From an uncultured Candidatus Binatia bacterium (lineage in GTDB: Bacteria; Desulfobacterota; Binatia; UBA9968; JAJDTQ01), in contig OZ251459.1 of the NCBI GenBank assembly GCA_965242525.1, positions 3,904,001 to 3,968,000 on the forward strand: a stretch of DNA of 64,000 bases, given 5' to 3'. Below the pieces are notes generated by a model. That model did no database searches and was not told where the DNA came from. It saw only the letters and a program-made list of their open reading frames with translations. This document shows, one piece after another, positions 11,845 through 22,131 of the stretch. Each line of letters begins with the position of its first letter. Position 1 is the stretch's first letter. Position numbers and translations under genes: made by a program.

Positions 11845-11932
11845 GGTGGTCGTTCCCGGATGCAAGGGTCCCTGACAACCGAAGCGGACCGAAAGGCCCG
11901 CCTGCAAACAATGAACTCCTTTCGCAACCACC
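11845..11932 (+). ncRNA. Candidate structured small RNA (unassigned)
   Basis: Closing GGTGGT/ACCACC stem, internal GCGGACC-GAAA-GGCCCGC hairpin, and TTGACA at 11803 upstream. No family recognised. Confidence 0.3.
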
Positions 11933-11966
11933 GATTACGCAGCCATGCCATGCCCATGAGAAGGGT

Positions 11967-13292
11967 ATGAAGTTGCGATTCGACCGGAAGCCGGCGCCTC
12001 GACACGCCGGGCGCACGCCCGGATGGCATGGGGTCGGGGCCGTGCAACCGCAGTCAGGGGAACCTTCGGCAAGGCGGCGGCCATGGGCCGCGACCCCGGT
12101 CCGGGGGATCTCCGGGGCCGCGGCCCTGCGTGCGCGCACCGCGGGCTTGCTCGCCGGGATCGCGCTGCTCGGCGCCGGGGCAACGGTCTTCGCCGCGGAC
12201 CGGAGCTTCTCGCAGTACCCCGGTTTCGCGGAGTACTTTGCGGCGAACCCGCCGGCCGGGGCCGCGGACGAGGACCACCGGGCGATGGCCCGCGGCCATG
12301 CCCCGCGCTTCCACCTGCCCGCGGGGCACGAGGGTCCCATCGACTTCTACCGCGACTACATCGCCCACGGCTACCTGGTGACCGGCCGCGGCGACCGCAT
12401 CGAGAACCCCGGCCCCGCGGAGTTGAACCGGCGCCGGGACGACCCCCGAGCGGAGTTCACGCACGTGCCGGGAGGCGCGCCGCCGCGCCCCCTGGCCTAC
12501 GCCGCGGTGGAGCGCACCGACCTGTGGGCGCCCCGGAAAAGCGGGGGAGCGGCCGAGGAGTTCATCGTCGTCACCTACCACCTGACGTTCCGGGTGAGCG
12601 GCCTGCCTGCGGGGTTGTCCCTGGCCCTGGCCATCCCGCTGGGCCTCGTGGCGGACCTGGACGACTGGCACCAGCTCGACCATTACACAGCGGCGTTCGT
12701 GGTGCTCGACGCAGACGAACGTCCCGTGGCCCTCACCTTGCAGCAGCACAACTACCTGCGCACCTACCTGGTGGGAGAAGCGGTGGAGCCCGGTCCGGAC
12801 GGACGCTTCGACATCGACGTGGCCATCCGCTCCAACGAGCTCTACCCGCACGCGCCGGGGCGGCGGTCACGGCGTGCGGTGCGGTCCCTGGACTTCGACG
12901 CCAGAGCCTTCATGATGGGGTTCGGCGAGCGCCCGTTGATGTCCGCGGACGACGTCACCGACCCGGACCGCACGGTGGATTACGAGCTCGCGTTCCTGCC
13001 CGGCGCCGACGCGTTCTATTCGTTCCACGGCTACCTGGGCGAACGCCGCAGCCTGCCCGGCCGCGACGGCCCGCCCGGCGCACGCTACAACACCCTGCCG
13101 GCGCTCAAGCCGCTGCCGGCGCAGATCCTCGACGGCTACTGGCGCGAGGGCAACGCCGGCGACTGGGAGCGGTACCGCCGAAGCCGCGAGGACGGCGCCG
13201 GACCCGCAGGCTTCGCCCGCGCCCAAGCCGCGGTCTTCCACCACAACCTGGCCTGCCTGCGCCAGGGCCGCAGGGGCTGCGCGTTGCAGTAG
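11967..13292 (+). CDS. Hypothetical, probably exported protein (start uncertain)
   Basis: Long ORF with high-GC3 codon usage from about 12130; signal-like segment RARTAGLLAGIALLGAGATVFA. Confidence 0.7.
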   Translation: MKLRFDRKPAPRHAGRTPGWHGVGAVQPQSGEPSARRRPWAATPVRGISGAAALRARTAGLLAGIALLGAGATVFAADRSFSQYPGFAEYFAANPPAGAADEDHRAMARGHAPRFHLPAGHEGPIDFYRDYIAHGYLVTGRGDRIENPGPAELNRRRDDPRAEFTHVPGGAPPRPLAYAAVERTDLWAPRKSGGAAEEFIVVTYHLTFRVSGLPAGLSLALAIPLGLVADLDDWHQLDHYTAAFVVLDADERPVALTLQQHNYLRTYLVGEAVEPGPDGRFDIDVAIRSNELYPHAPGRRSRRAVRSLDFDARAFMMGFGERPLMSADDVTDPDRTVDYELAFLPGADAFYSFHGYLGERRSLPGRDGPPGARYNTLPALKPLPAQILDGYWREGNAGDWERYRRSREDGAGPAGFARAQAAVFHHNLACLRQGRRGCALQ

Positions 13293-13381
13293 CGCGGGCG
13301 GGCGCGGGCCGTACGAAAATGGCTCTTCCGGCTTTCGTGCGGCGGGGTCTCACGGCCTATGTGCAAGCCGAACATGGTTCA

Positions 13382-13515
13382 GGAACCTCTGAACAATCGG
13401 GACAGGGGGCATGAGCGCGTCCTTCGACTTCGCTTCGCTACGCTCAGGACGAACGGGGATAGGGGCGTCAGGGCGAGGGAATCCATCCTGGATGTCTCGA
13501 TTGTTCGGAGGTTCC
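13382..13515. mobile_element. MITE-like element
   Basis: GGAACCTCTGAACAAT...ATTGTTCGGAGGTTCC inverted ends; closely similar to the 63367-63607 copy. Confidence 0.8.
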
Positions 13516-13638
13516 TTTACAAAATAGACCGGGGACAGCATGGTCGGAACGGGAGGGAAGCGAACATCCTCGCGGGGAGGGGGGTGGTGAGGACCCACAC
13601 GAAATCCTGAAGCGCCCGGTTATTCAGACGTTCCCATA

Positions 13639-13805
13639 GGAAACCCTGAACAACGACCCGGTTCATCCTGAGCCTGGCGAAGCATCCCGGTTCATCCTGA
13701 GCCTGGCGAAGCATCCCCGTTCGTCCTGAGCGTAGCGAAGCGAAGTCGAAGGACGCGCTTTCCCACAGGGAGACGGAGTTCCAGCCGGAATCGTTCAGGC
13801 GTTCC
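13639..13805. mobile_element. MITE-like element with internal tandem duplication
   Basis: GGAAACCCTGAACAA...ATCGTTCAGGCGTTCC ends; CCCGGTTCATCCTGAGCCTGGCGAAGCAT x2 followed by the core. Confidence 0.75.
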
Positions 13806-13856
13806 TGTAGCTATAATGGGCGTCATCGGGCAAGATCACCAAGGCGGGAGACGGAC

Positions 13857-15332
13857 ATGGCAGGATACGACTTCGACTTGGTCTGCATCGGCAGCGGACC
13901 CGCGGGACAGCGCGCCGCCATACAGGCGGCCAAGGCAGGGAAGAGGGTGGCGGTGGTGGAGCGGCAGCGCTTCGTGGGCGGCGTGTGCGTGGACCGGGGC
14001 ACCATCCCTTCCAAGACGTTTCGCGAAGCGGTCCGCCGGGTTTACTCCAGGCCCGGCCTGGAGGGGATGGACCCCTTCTCCACCAGCGCCAGGACCCGGC
14101 CCACCATGCAACAGTTGGTGGGCCACGTGCACCGGGTGATCCAGCGGGAGATCGCGGTGGTGGACGACGCCCTGGGCCGGAACGACGTGAAGGTCCTCCA
14201 CGCCCAGGCGGAGTTCGCGGACGCGCACACCATCCGGCTCGTGGGCGACGGGGAACGGCGCGTGGTCACCACCCGAAAGGTCCTGATCGCGGTGGGCACC
14301 CAGGCCGGCAAGCCCCGGGGCATGGAGCCGGACGGTCGGACCCTGATCACGTCGGACGACATCCTCACCCTCGAAGAGTTGCCGCAGACCATGGCGGTGG
14401 TGGGGGCCGGCGTCATCGGCATCGAATACGCTTCCATGTTCGCCGCCCTGGGGGTGCGCGTCACCGTCATCGACGCGCGCGACCGTCCGCTGGAGTTCAT
14501 GGACCACGAGATCATCGACGAGCTGCTGCACCAACTCCGCAAGGAGGACGTGACCTTCCGTTGCGGCGACGCGGTGGAGCAGGTGGAGATCGTCGAGACC
14601 CCGCGCCGCCAGGGGCTGCTGCGGCTGGCGTCGGGCAAGTACCTGGTGGCCGACGTGATACTGGTCTCGTCGGGCCGCCAGGGGGCGTCTTCGACCCTGA
14701 ACCTCGGGGCGGTGGGCATCGAGGCCGACGAACGCGGGCGGCTGCAAGTGGACGAGGACTACCGCACCTCCGCGGACAACATCTGGGCGGCCGGCGACGT
14801 CATCGGCTTCCCCGCCTTGGCGGCCATGTCCTCGGAGCAGGGCAGGCTGGCGGCCTGCCGCATGTTCGACGTGGACGCGGAGCCCATCGGCAGCCACTAC
14901 CCCATCGGCATCTACGCCATCCCCGAGCTCTCCTCGGTAGGGGCCACGGAGGAAGAGCTGACCCGCCGGAGGGTCCCCTACGAGACCGGGGTTGCGCGCT
15001 ACAAGGAGATCTCCCGCGGCATCATCCTCGGCGACGACTCCGGCATGTTCAAGATGCTGTTCCACCGGGACGACGGGCGTCTCCTCGGTTGCCACTGCAT
15101 CGGCAGCGGGGCCACGGAGCTCATCCACGTGGGACAGGCGGTGCTGGGACTGGGCGGGGGGCTGGACTACTTCCTCAAGACCGTCTTCAACTACCCGACC
15201 CTGGCCGAGTGCTACAAGACCGCGGCGTTCCACGCCGCCAACAAGCTGGCCCTGGTCAGCCAGGCCACGACCTTCATCGAAGAAGGCGACTCCGCGGGAC
15301 GCAGCAACGGTCCCGAGTCCGCCGGCTCCTGA
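13857..15332 (+). CDS. sthA: Soluble pyridine nucleotide transhydrogenase
   Basis: GSGPAG FAD motif, single-Cys GGVCVDRGTIPSKT, VGAGVIGIEY, GDVIGFPALA, VFNYPTLAECYK. Confidence 0.9.
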   Translation: MAGYDFDLVCIGSGPAGQRAAIQAAKAGKRVAVVERQRFVGGVCVDRGTIPSKTFREAVRRVYSRPGLEGMDPFSTSARTRPTMQQLVGHVHRVIQREIAVVDDALGRNDVKVLHAQAEFADAHTIRLVGDGERRVVTTRKVLIAVGTQAGKPRGMEPDGRTLITSDDILTLEELPQTMAVVGAGVIGIEYASMFAALGVRVTVIDARDRPLEFMDHEIIDELLHQLRKEDVTFRCGDAVEQVEIVETPRRQGLLRLASGKYLVADVILVSSGRQGASSTLNLGAVGIEADERGRLQVDEDYRTSADNIWAAGDVIGFPALAAMSSEQGRLAACRMFDVDAEPIGSHYPIGIYAIPELSSVGATEEELTRRRVPYETGVARYKEISRGIILGDDSGMFKMLFHRDDGRLLGCHCIGSGATELIHVGQAVLGLGGGLDYFLKTVFNYPTLAECYKTAAFHAANKLALVSQATTFIEEGDSAGRSNGPESAGS

Positions 15333-15411
15333 CCGCGCCCTCCATCCCGCCCGGTTTCCACTTCCGTTCACCCCGAGCCATGGGCGAGGGCGTTCCCTCA
15401 CCCTCACCATC

Positions 15412-16509
15412 CTATCCCCGTTCGTCCTGAGCGTAGCGAAGCGAAGTCGAAGGACGCGCTTCCTTCCGGGACCCATCGGAGTTTCCTCGATATGGCGACC
15501 GCCAGCGGTCCTCTTCGACGGGTTCGAGCAGCGACACGAACCTCCGGGTCGCCTCCAGCCAAGTGTGTTGGCGGGCGTAGGCCACGCAGTCATCGGGGTC
15601 CAGCTCCAGGGCGCCCAGCACCGCGGCGCGAAGGTCCCGGTCCAGGACACCCGTCTTTCCGTCCTGCACCACGTCCAACGGGCCGGTGACGGGAAAGGCG
15701 GCCACCGGCACGCCGCAGGCCATGGCTTCGAGCAGGACGAGGCCGAAGGTGTCGGTGAGGCTCGGAAAGACGAGCACGTCCGCGGCGGCCACATGGGCCG
15801 CGAGCTCCTCGCCGTGTTTCTGTCCGACGAACCGGACGCCGGGATACCTGGATTCCAGGCGGTGCAGGTCCGGCCCGTCTCCCACCACGTACTTGACCCC
15901 CGGCAGGTCGAGGGCCAGGAACGCCTCGACGTTCTTCTCCGCGGCCACCCGCCCCAGGTACAGGGACACGGGCCGCGGCCCGGGCAGGAAGGACTTGGGA
16001 CCCGGCTTGAACAGCGTCGTGTCCACGCCTCGGGTCCACAGGGCGAGGTTCTCGAAGCCGCGTTCCCGAAGGCGCTCGGCCAGGGAGGGGGTGGCCACCA
16101 GGGTGCGGGCCGCGCTGCGGTGGTGCTTCCGCAGCCAGGAGTAGGACCAGCGCAAGGGCAAAGGGAAGCGCGCGCGGAGGTACTCGGGGAACAGGGTGTG
16201 GAACGCGGTGGTGAAGGGGACGCCGAGGCGGCGGCACACGGACCGGGCGGCGTGGCCGATGGGACCTTCCGTGGCGATATGGACGGCGTGGGGCGCGGAC
16301 TCGCGCAGGGTCCGTTCGACCCCCCTCCCCGGAAAGAGCGCCAGACGGATGGACGGGTAGGTGGGACAGGGCCAAGTGCGGAACTGCAACGGGGTCACGA
16401 ACACGGCCTCGTGCCCCAGCGCCTCCAAGTGCGCGCCCGTCTGCTCCAGGGTGCGCACCACCCCGTTTACCTGGGGATGCCAAGCGTCGGTGACGATCGC
16501 GACTTTCAT
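15412..16509 (-). CDS. GT4 family glycosyltransferase
   Basis: MKVAIVTDAWHPQVNGVVRT, HIATEGPIG, GRVAAEKN, FPSLTDTFGLVLLEAMACG. The C-terminal tail is encoded by the repeat. Confidence 0.92.
   Translation of the reverse strand: MKVAIVTDAWHPQVNGVVRTLEQTGAHLEALGHEAVFVTPLQFRTWPCPTYPSIRLALFPGRGVERTLRESAPHAVHIATEGPIGHAARSVCRRLGVPFTTAFHTLFPEYLRARFPLPLRWSYSWLRKHHRSAARTLVATPSLAERLRERGFENLALWTRGVDTTLFKPGPKSFLPGPRPVSLYLGRVAAEKNVEAFLALDLPGVKYVVGDGPDLHRLESRYPGVRFVGQKHGEELAAHVAAADVLVFPSLTDTFGLVLLEAMACGVPVAAFPVTGPLDVVQDGKTGVLDRDLRAAVLGALELDPDDCVAYARQHTWLEATRRFVSLLEPVEEDRWRSPYRGNSDGSRKEARPSTSLRYAQDERG
15416..15486. repeat. Core repeat with one degenerate TIR, inside the 3' end of the GT4 gene
   Basis: CCCCGTTCGTCCTGAGCGTAGCGAAGCGAAGTCGAAGGACGCGC...CGGAGTTTCC. 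Confidence 0.8.
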
Positions 16510-16688
16510 CCGTGCGAAGGAAACGTTTGCCAAACAGTCTGTCGGGTTATATGACCTCGCAGGAAGAGTCTCTCGAACGGGCGTGACCCGTGTGGACGTT
16601 ACGGTGCGCAACCCCGCGCAGCGGGCCCGGACCGGCTGAGTCCTCGCCGGCAAGTCCATAGCCACGCACCCGGCAGCCGCCTACACCC

Positions 16689-18764
16689 ATGCCAACCCCG
16701 AGGTCCAGCGCCATTCCGGGTCAACATTGGAACATGCCGGGATGCCCTCCGGATTTTCGGCCCCAACGCCTGCCCCTGCTGTTGCTGCTGCTCGCGCTGT
16801 CCACGTCGTTCCTGTACGTGGTGGACAAGGGATACTTCTACCGTCCCGGCTTCCATAGTGATAATTCTTCCAAAGCCTTGGCCATCGCCGAGAACCTGTC
16901 CCCCGACCACGGTTTCCGGTTGTTCCTGGAGTTGCGCGCGAGACCGGGCGACGCCCCGATATACCGGATGTACAGCCGCTTTCCCGTCGGCGGTTACGCC
17001 CTCGTCAAGCTCGCCATCCTCCCTTTCGGAAACGACCTGTCGGCCAAGGTCCTGGCCGCCCGCATCCTCATGCTGCTCCTGTTCAGCACCGCCGCCCTCC
17101 TGGCCTTCCGCTCCCTCGCACGCATCACCTCCCGCCCCTGGATCGCACTGGCCGCCACCCTCATGGCCTTCTCCTCCTACTACATGCTCTTCTACGGCGA
17201 TGCGGTCACCACCGAGGGCAGCGTGGACCTGTTCGCGGTCATGCTGGCCTTCCACGGCATGGTGGTGTTCGTGCAGGAGGGACGCTTCCCCCAGTTGCTG
17301 GCCAAGACCGGCGTGGCGCTGCTGCTGGGCTGGCACGTGTACGCCTTCCTGCTTCCCTTCATCCTCCTGGGCCTTGCCCGGGAAGCCCTTCGGGCATGGA
17401 AACACGGAACTGCGCCCTGGCCCCGGCTGCGCTTCACCGCAGTGACGGTGCTGCGCAGCCGCTACACCGCCCTTGGCCTGGCCGCGCTGCTGTTCGGCGC
17501 GGCCCTCCTCACCTTCAACCTGGCCAACGATTACGCCGCCTTCGGAGGCGAGACCCCGGTGACCGAACTGCCGTCGTTCCAGTCCATGCTCCGGCGCACC
17601 GGACTGGACCGGGACTTCGCCCCGGTGGGTTGGTGGCCGGACTTCCTGCGCCAGCAGTTCTTTCGCGTCTGCGTGGCCTCCGTTCCGTTCCTGCTCACCC
17701 ACCGGGCAGTCGATCCGGCGGGATGGCTCCCTTCCCCCGGCCTTTCGGCCCCGGGCATCTCGGGGCCGAAGTTGTCGGCTTACCTCCTGGCCGTGGGAGC
17801 AGCCGCGGCCCTCGTTCGCCTTGCGAGGCCGCTGCTGGAAGGGCGGCAACGCCTCCTGCTGGCCGCCCTTGCCCTGTCCGGGTTCTGCTGGGCCCTGCCC
17901 ATGCGCCACAATTCCATACACCACAACCACGAAGCCCTGTACTACGTGGGCGTCCCGCTGGCGCTCTACTCGCTGCTCCTGCTGTACTTCCGCGAGCGAT
18001 GGGGGCATCGTCCGGTAGCCGGCCTCGCCGCCGCGGCCCTGCTCGCCTTCGCGGCCTCCGCCTTCCAGATGGACCAACGATGGGGACCGGACCCACGGGC
18101 GGCCGAACTCCAGCAGACCGCCATGGCCGAACTCGGAGCCATCCGCGAAACCACCCGGAGGAAGGTGGTCCTGGTGCTCGAGTCCGTGCAGCCGGAATGG
18201 TCCACGCAGGCCACACGGCCGCGCCACGCATGGAAATACTACCTCGCCGGAAGCGTCCTGACGCACTCCCCCGACGTGGAAGCCGCCGCCCGCAGCGCGG
18301 ACTTCCTCGTCACCCGCGACCGCGTGGAGAGCCGCGCCCTGCTCACCCCCGACAACCAACGGGTGTTCCTGTACGACGCCGCGGGTATCGACGACCTGGT
18401 GGAGTCGTACCGGGCCGCGTACCAACGGGTCGTGTCCTCCGGAGACCCCGCAGCGCACTCCCGCTTCGACGTCTATCTCGGTGACCACACGCTGGCCTAC
18501 GTCAAGCAGCCCTGTGTCCGGGACGATCTGAGACCGAGCCGGATCTTCGTGGACGTGACCCCGGAAGACCCGAAGGACCTGCCCCGACAACACAAACGGC
18601 ACGGCTCGGACAATCCCAGCATCCCGTTCGTCACGTACCCCATGCTATTCGAAGGAAAGTGCATCGCTGTCCTTTCACTCCCCGGTTATCCTGTCTCCCA
18701 CATCAGGACGGGACAGGAAAATAGCCCAACACAACGCCTCTGGGTAGTAGAGATGGACCTCTGA
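16689..18764 (+). CDS. Polytopic membrane protein, GT-C/ArnT-like, with a soluble C-terminal domain
   Basis: Many hydrophobic segments, an N-terminal loop (YSRFPVGGY) and a hydrophilic C-terminus. The family call is inference; the start may be later. Confidence 0.6.
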   Translation: MPTPRSSAIPGQHWNMPGCPPDFRPQRLPLLLLLLALSTSFLYVVDKGYFYRPGFHSDNSSKALAIAENLSPDHGFRLFLELRARPGDAPIYRMYSRFPVGGYALVKLAILPFGNDLSAKVLAARILMLLLFSTAALLAFRSLARITSRPWIALAATLMAFSSYYMLFYGDAVTTEGSVDLFAVMLAFHGMVVFVQEGRFPQLLAKTGVALLLGWHVYAFLLPFILLGLAREALRAWKHGTAPWPRLRFTAVTVLRSRYTALGLAALLFGAALLTFNLANDYAAFGGETPVTELPSFQSMLRRTGLDRDFAPVGWWPDFLRQQFFRVCVASVPFLLTHRAVDPAGWLPSPGLSAPGISGPKLSAYLLAVGAAAALVRLARPLLEGRQRLLLAALALSGFCWALPMRHNSIHHNHEALYYVGVPLALYSLLLLYFRERWGHRPVAGLAAAALLAFAASAFQMDQRWGPDPRAAELQQTAMAELGAIRETTRRKVVLVLESVQPEWSTQATRPRHAWKYYLAGSVLTHSPDVEAAARSADFLVTRDRVESRALLTPDNQRVFLYDAAGIDDLVESYRAAYQRVVSSGDPAAHSRFDVYLGDHTLAYVKQPCVRDDLRPSRIFVDVTPEDPKDLPRQHKRHGSDNPSIPFVTYPMLFEGKCIAVLSLPGYPVSHIRTGQENSPTQRLWVVEMDL

Positions 18765-18908
18765 ACGAACCGGTTCCGCTGACGCTTTCGGACCCGGCGG
18801 CACACCTGCATTGGACGATCCTGCGAGTTGACAGGCGTGGGGCCGGACCCTATCATGGTCCGCCGCGGGGCCGTCCGGCCAGCGAACATCGGCTTCGGCC
18901 CCAACGGT

Positions 18909-18950
18909 CCCCGTTCGTCCTGAGCGTAGCGAAGCGAAGTCGAAGGACGC
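18909..18950. repeat. Core repeat directly upstream of Rieske gene 1
   Basis: Exact core sequence. Confidence 0.85.
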
Positions 18951-18993
18951 AATGGGGCAGCGTCCAAAGCGTCCGTCTTGGGGAGGCAGCGAG

Positions 18994-20220
18994 ATGCACG
19001 GCATGAACGGTCTCGTGGATACGGAACAAGGGTTGCTCGACCGCAGCATCTTCGTCTCCCAAGACATCTACCAGCAGGAACTGGAGCGCATTTTCGCGCG
19101 ATGCTGGCTCTTCCTCGGACACGAAACCCAGATCCCCGACCCCAACGACTTCCTCGCCACCTACATGGGGGAAGACCCGGTGCTGCTCTGTCGGGGCGGC
19201 GACGGGATCATCCGGGCATTCCTCAACATGTGCCGCCACCGGGGCAACCGGGTGTGCCGGGCGGACCGGGGCAACGCCAAGTCGTTCATGTGCACCTACC
19301 ACGGCTGGAGCTACGACAACGACGGTCGGCTCACGGGCGTTCCCGGCATGAAGGAGATCTACGGCGGCGAGTTGGACATGGCGCAGTGGGGCTTGGTGGA
19401 AGTGGCCCAACTGGACGTGCACAGGGGGTTGATCTTCGGGACCTTCGACCCCGATGCGCCGGCGCTGCTGGACTACCTCGGGGGCCAGGAGCGGGAGTTG
19501 GGGGTCATGTTCGACCGCCGGGCCGGCGGTACGGAGGTAATCGGCGGGGCGCACAAGTGGGTGATGCACGCCAACTGGAAGTACGCCGCGGACAACTTCT
19601 TCGGCGACGACGGCCACCACACCGTCACCCACGCGTCGGTCCGCCGCGTGCCCGTGGACGTGAGGTACTACCCTCGCACCAACGACGAGGCGCGGCCCGA
19701 TACGGACCGGGGGCTGTCCAGGATCGCCGAAGGAGTCATACGCGACTACCATGAGGAACACTTCGACGAGCTGGTCCGGCGAATCGGCCCCGAGCTTGCC
19801 GACCGCCCCGGCTTGGTCACCACCGTCTTCCCCAACGTGTCCCCGAACTTCACCCGGCACATGATCCGCGTGTGGCATCCCAAGGGGCCGGACAAGACCG
19901 AGATATGGTCGTACTGCGTGGTGGACAGGGACGCGCCCCCGGAGGTCAAGGACGCCATGCGGTTGCACCTGACCCAGACCTTCGGCCCCAGCGGGAACCT
20001 GGAGCAGGACGACATGAACAACTGGGTCCAGTGCACCGACACGGCCCGGGGCTTGGTGGCCCGGCGCTATCCACAGAACATCCAGGCCCACCTCGGACGC
20101 GAGGAGCGATGCGGTCCCATCGGCGGCGGTCGGCGCCTGCGGGCTTTCTACGCCCGCTGGGCCATGATGATGGCGGCCGAAGATTGGTCCCGCGTGGATC
20201 TGGGGACCCGGTACTACTGA
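18994..20220 (+). CDS. Aromatic ring-hydroxylating (Rieske) oxygenase alpha subunit, copy 1
   Basis: CRHRG..CTYHGW Rieske ligands; [16 protein letters not shown] and EQDD mononuclear-iron motifs; GGAGG RBS. Confidence 0.94.
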   Translation: MHGMNGLVDTEQGLLDRSIFVSQDIYQQELERIFARCWLFLGHETQIPDPNDFLATYMGEDPVLLCRGGDGIIRAFLNMCRHRGNRVCRADRGNAKSFMCTYHGWSYDNDGRLTGVPGMKEIYGGELDMAQWGLVEVAQLDVHRGLIFGTFDPDAPALLDYLGGQERELGVMFDRRAGGTEVIGGAHKWVMHANWKYAADNFFGDDGHHTVTHASVRRVPVDVRYYPRTNDEARPDTDRGLSRIAEGVIRDYHEEHFDELVRRIGPELADRPGLVTTVFPNVSPNFTRHMIRVWHPKGPDKTEIWSYCVVDRDAPPEVKDAMRLHLTQTFGPSGNLEQDDMNNWVQCTDTARGLVARRYPQNIQAHLGREERCGPIGGGRRLRAFYARWAMMMAAEDWSRVDLGTRYY

Positions 20221-20248
20221 CGGTCCTCCGGGGCAAGGCGGCAACCAC

Positions 20249-20761
20249 TTGACCGACCACGACCTCTGGCACGAGATCCACGATTTCCTCGTGCAGGAAG
20301 CGAGGCTCCTGGACGATCGATCCTTCGATCGCTGGCTGGACCTCTTTACCGACGACGTCGTTTACTGGATGCCGGAACGGCTGAACCCGTGGGAGAGCAG
20401 CGACCCCGCGGACAGCGTGTCCAAGCCCGGGGATCTCGCGCTGTTCGAGGAGACCAAAGAGACCCTGCGGACCCGGGTGGCCCGGCTCGCCACCGGCATG
20501 GCGTGGTCGGAAGTGCCGCCCTCCCGCACCCGGCACTTGGTCACCAACGTGCAGGTGGAGCCCGGCGCCAACGACGCCGAGGTGCGGGTGCGGTCTTACT
20601 TCATGGTCTATCGGACCCAACTGGAGCACGACCGGCACGTCTTCGTGGGCGAGCGGGACGACGTGCTGCGAAAGGTGGACGGCCAGTGGAAGATCGCCCG
20701 CCGGACCATCCTGCTGGACGAGGCCGTGCTGTCGTCGCCGAACCTGAGCATCTTCTTCTGA
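20249..20761 (+). CDS. Ring-hydroxylating oxygenase beta subunit
   Basis: [45 protein letters not shown]. Confidence 0.94.
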   Translation: MTDHDLWHEIHDFLVQEARLLDDRSFDRWLDLFTDDVVYWMPERLNPWESSDPADSVSKPGDLALFEETKETLRTRVARLATGMAWSEVPPSRTRHLVTNVQVEPGANDAEVRVRSYFMVYRTQLEHDRHVFVGERDDVLRKVDGQWKIARRTILLDEAVLSSPNLSIFF

Positions 20762-20800
20762 CCGGTCCCGGCCGGCGGGAGGGGCGGCGAATCCAACGTT

Positions 20801-20838
20801 CCCCGTTCGTCCTGAGCGAAGCGAAGTCGAAGGACGCG
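20801..20838. repeat. Core repeat directly upstream of Rieske gene 2
   Basis: Core with a 5-nt internal deletion. Confidence 0.8.
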
Positions 20839-20880
20839 ATGGGGCAGCGTCCACAGGTCCGCCTTGGGGGAGGCAACGAG

Positions 20881-22110
20881 ATGCACGGCATGAACGGTTT
20901 CGTGGACACGGAACAAGGGCTGCTGGACCGCAGCATCTTCGCCTCCCGGGACATCTACCAGCAGGAACTGGAGCGCATTTTCGCGCGCTGCTGGCTGTTC
21001 CTCGGTCACGAAACCCAGATCCCCGACCCCAACGACTTCCTCGCCACCTACATGGGGGAAGACCCGGTGCTGCTCTGTCGGGGCGGCGACGGGACCATCC
21101 GGGCGTTCCTCAACATGTGCCGTCACCGGGGCAACCGGGTATGCCGGGCGGACCGGGGCAACGCCAAGTCGTTCATGTGCACCTACCACGGCTGGAGCTA
21201 CGACAACGACGGTCGGCTCACGGGCGTTCCCGGCATGAAGGAGATCTACGGCGGCGAGTTGGACATGGCGCAGTGGGGCCTGGTGGAAGTGGCCCAACTG
21301 GACGTGCACAGGGGGTTGATCTTCGGGACTTTCGACCCCGAGGCGCCGCCTCTGCTGGACTATCTCGGAGGCCAGGAGCGGGAGTTGGGCGTCATGTTCG
21401 ACCGCCGGGCGGGCGGCACGGAGGTAATCGGCGGGGCGCACAAGTGGGTGATGCACGCCAACTGGAAGTACGCCGCGGACAACTTCTTCGGCGACGACGG
21501 CCACCACACCGTCACCCACGCGTCGATCCGGCAAGTGCCGGTGGACGACCTGTCCTACCCCCGCACCAACGAAGAGCCGCGTCCCCATGCCGACGACAGC
21601 GGGCTCGCCAAGGTCGCCGGAGGCGTCGTACGGGACTACCTCCTGGACCACCACCACGAGGCGGTGGAGCGAATCGGCCCTGAACTCGCCCAACAGGCCG
21701 GGCTGGTCACCACCGTTTTCCCCAACGTGTCCCCGAATTTCATCCGGCACATGATCCGCGTGTGGCATCCCAAGGGGCCGGAGAAGACCGAGATATGGTC
21801 GTACTGCGTGGTGGACAGGGACGCGCCCCCGGAGGTCAAGGACGCCATGCGGCGGCACCTGACCCAGACCTTCGGCCCCAGCGGGAACCTGGAGCAGGAC
21901 GACATGAACAACTGGGTCCAGTGCACCGGCACGGCCCGGGGCTTGGTGGCCCGACGCTATCCCCAGAACGTCCAGGCCCACCTCGGACGCGAGGAGCGAT
22001 CCGGCGCGTTCGGCGGCGGCAAGCGCCTGCGAGCCTTCTACGCCCGCTGGGCGGCGATGATGGCCGCGGAGAGATGGTCCGACGTGGACCTGACGACCAA
22101 GTACTACTGA
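20881..22110 (+). CDS. Rieske oxygenase alpha subunit, copy 2
   Basis: Near-identical paralog of 18994-20220 with the same motifs. Confidence 0.94.
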   Translation: MHGMNGFVDTEQGLLDRSIFASRDIYQQELERIFARCWLFLGHETQIPDPNDFLATYMGEDPVLLCRGGDGTIRAFLNMCRHRGNRVCRADRGNAKSFMCTYHGWSYDNDGRLTGVPGMKEIYGGELDMAQWGLVEVAQLDVHRGLIFGTFDPEAPPLLDYLGGQERELGVMFDRRAGGTEVIGGAHKWVMHANWKYAADNFFGDDGHHTVTHASIRQVPVDDLSYPRTNEEPRPHADDSGLAKVAGGVVRDYLLDHHHEAVERIGPELAQQAGLVTTVFPNVSPNFIRHMIRVWHPKGPEKTEIWSYCVVDRDAPPEVKDAMRRHLTQTFGPSGNLEQDDMNNWVQCTGTARGLVARRYPQNVQAHLGREERSGAFGGGKRLRAFYARWAAMMAAERWSDVDLTTKYY

Positions 22111-22131
22111 CCGCCCCTCGGACGTCCACCC

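Noticed and set aside
13359-13714. Small ORFs with the recurrent peptide [15 protein letters not shown]
   Set aside because: These are translations of the nucleotide core repeat, not a protein family.
19637-21705. Possible DGR template/variable repeat pair in the Rieske paralogs
   Set aside because: The differences are not adenine-specific and include an indel, and there is no reverse transcriptase in the window.
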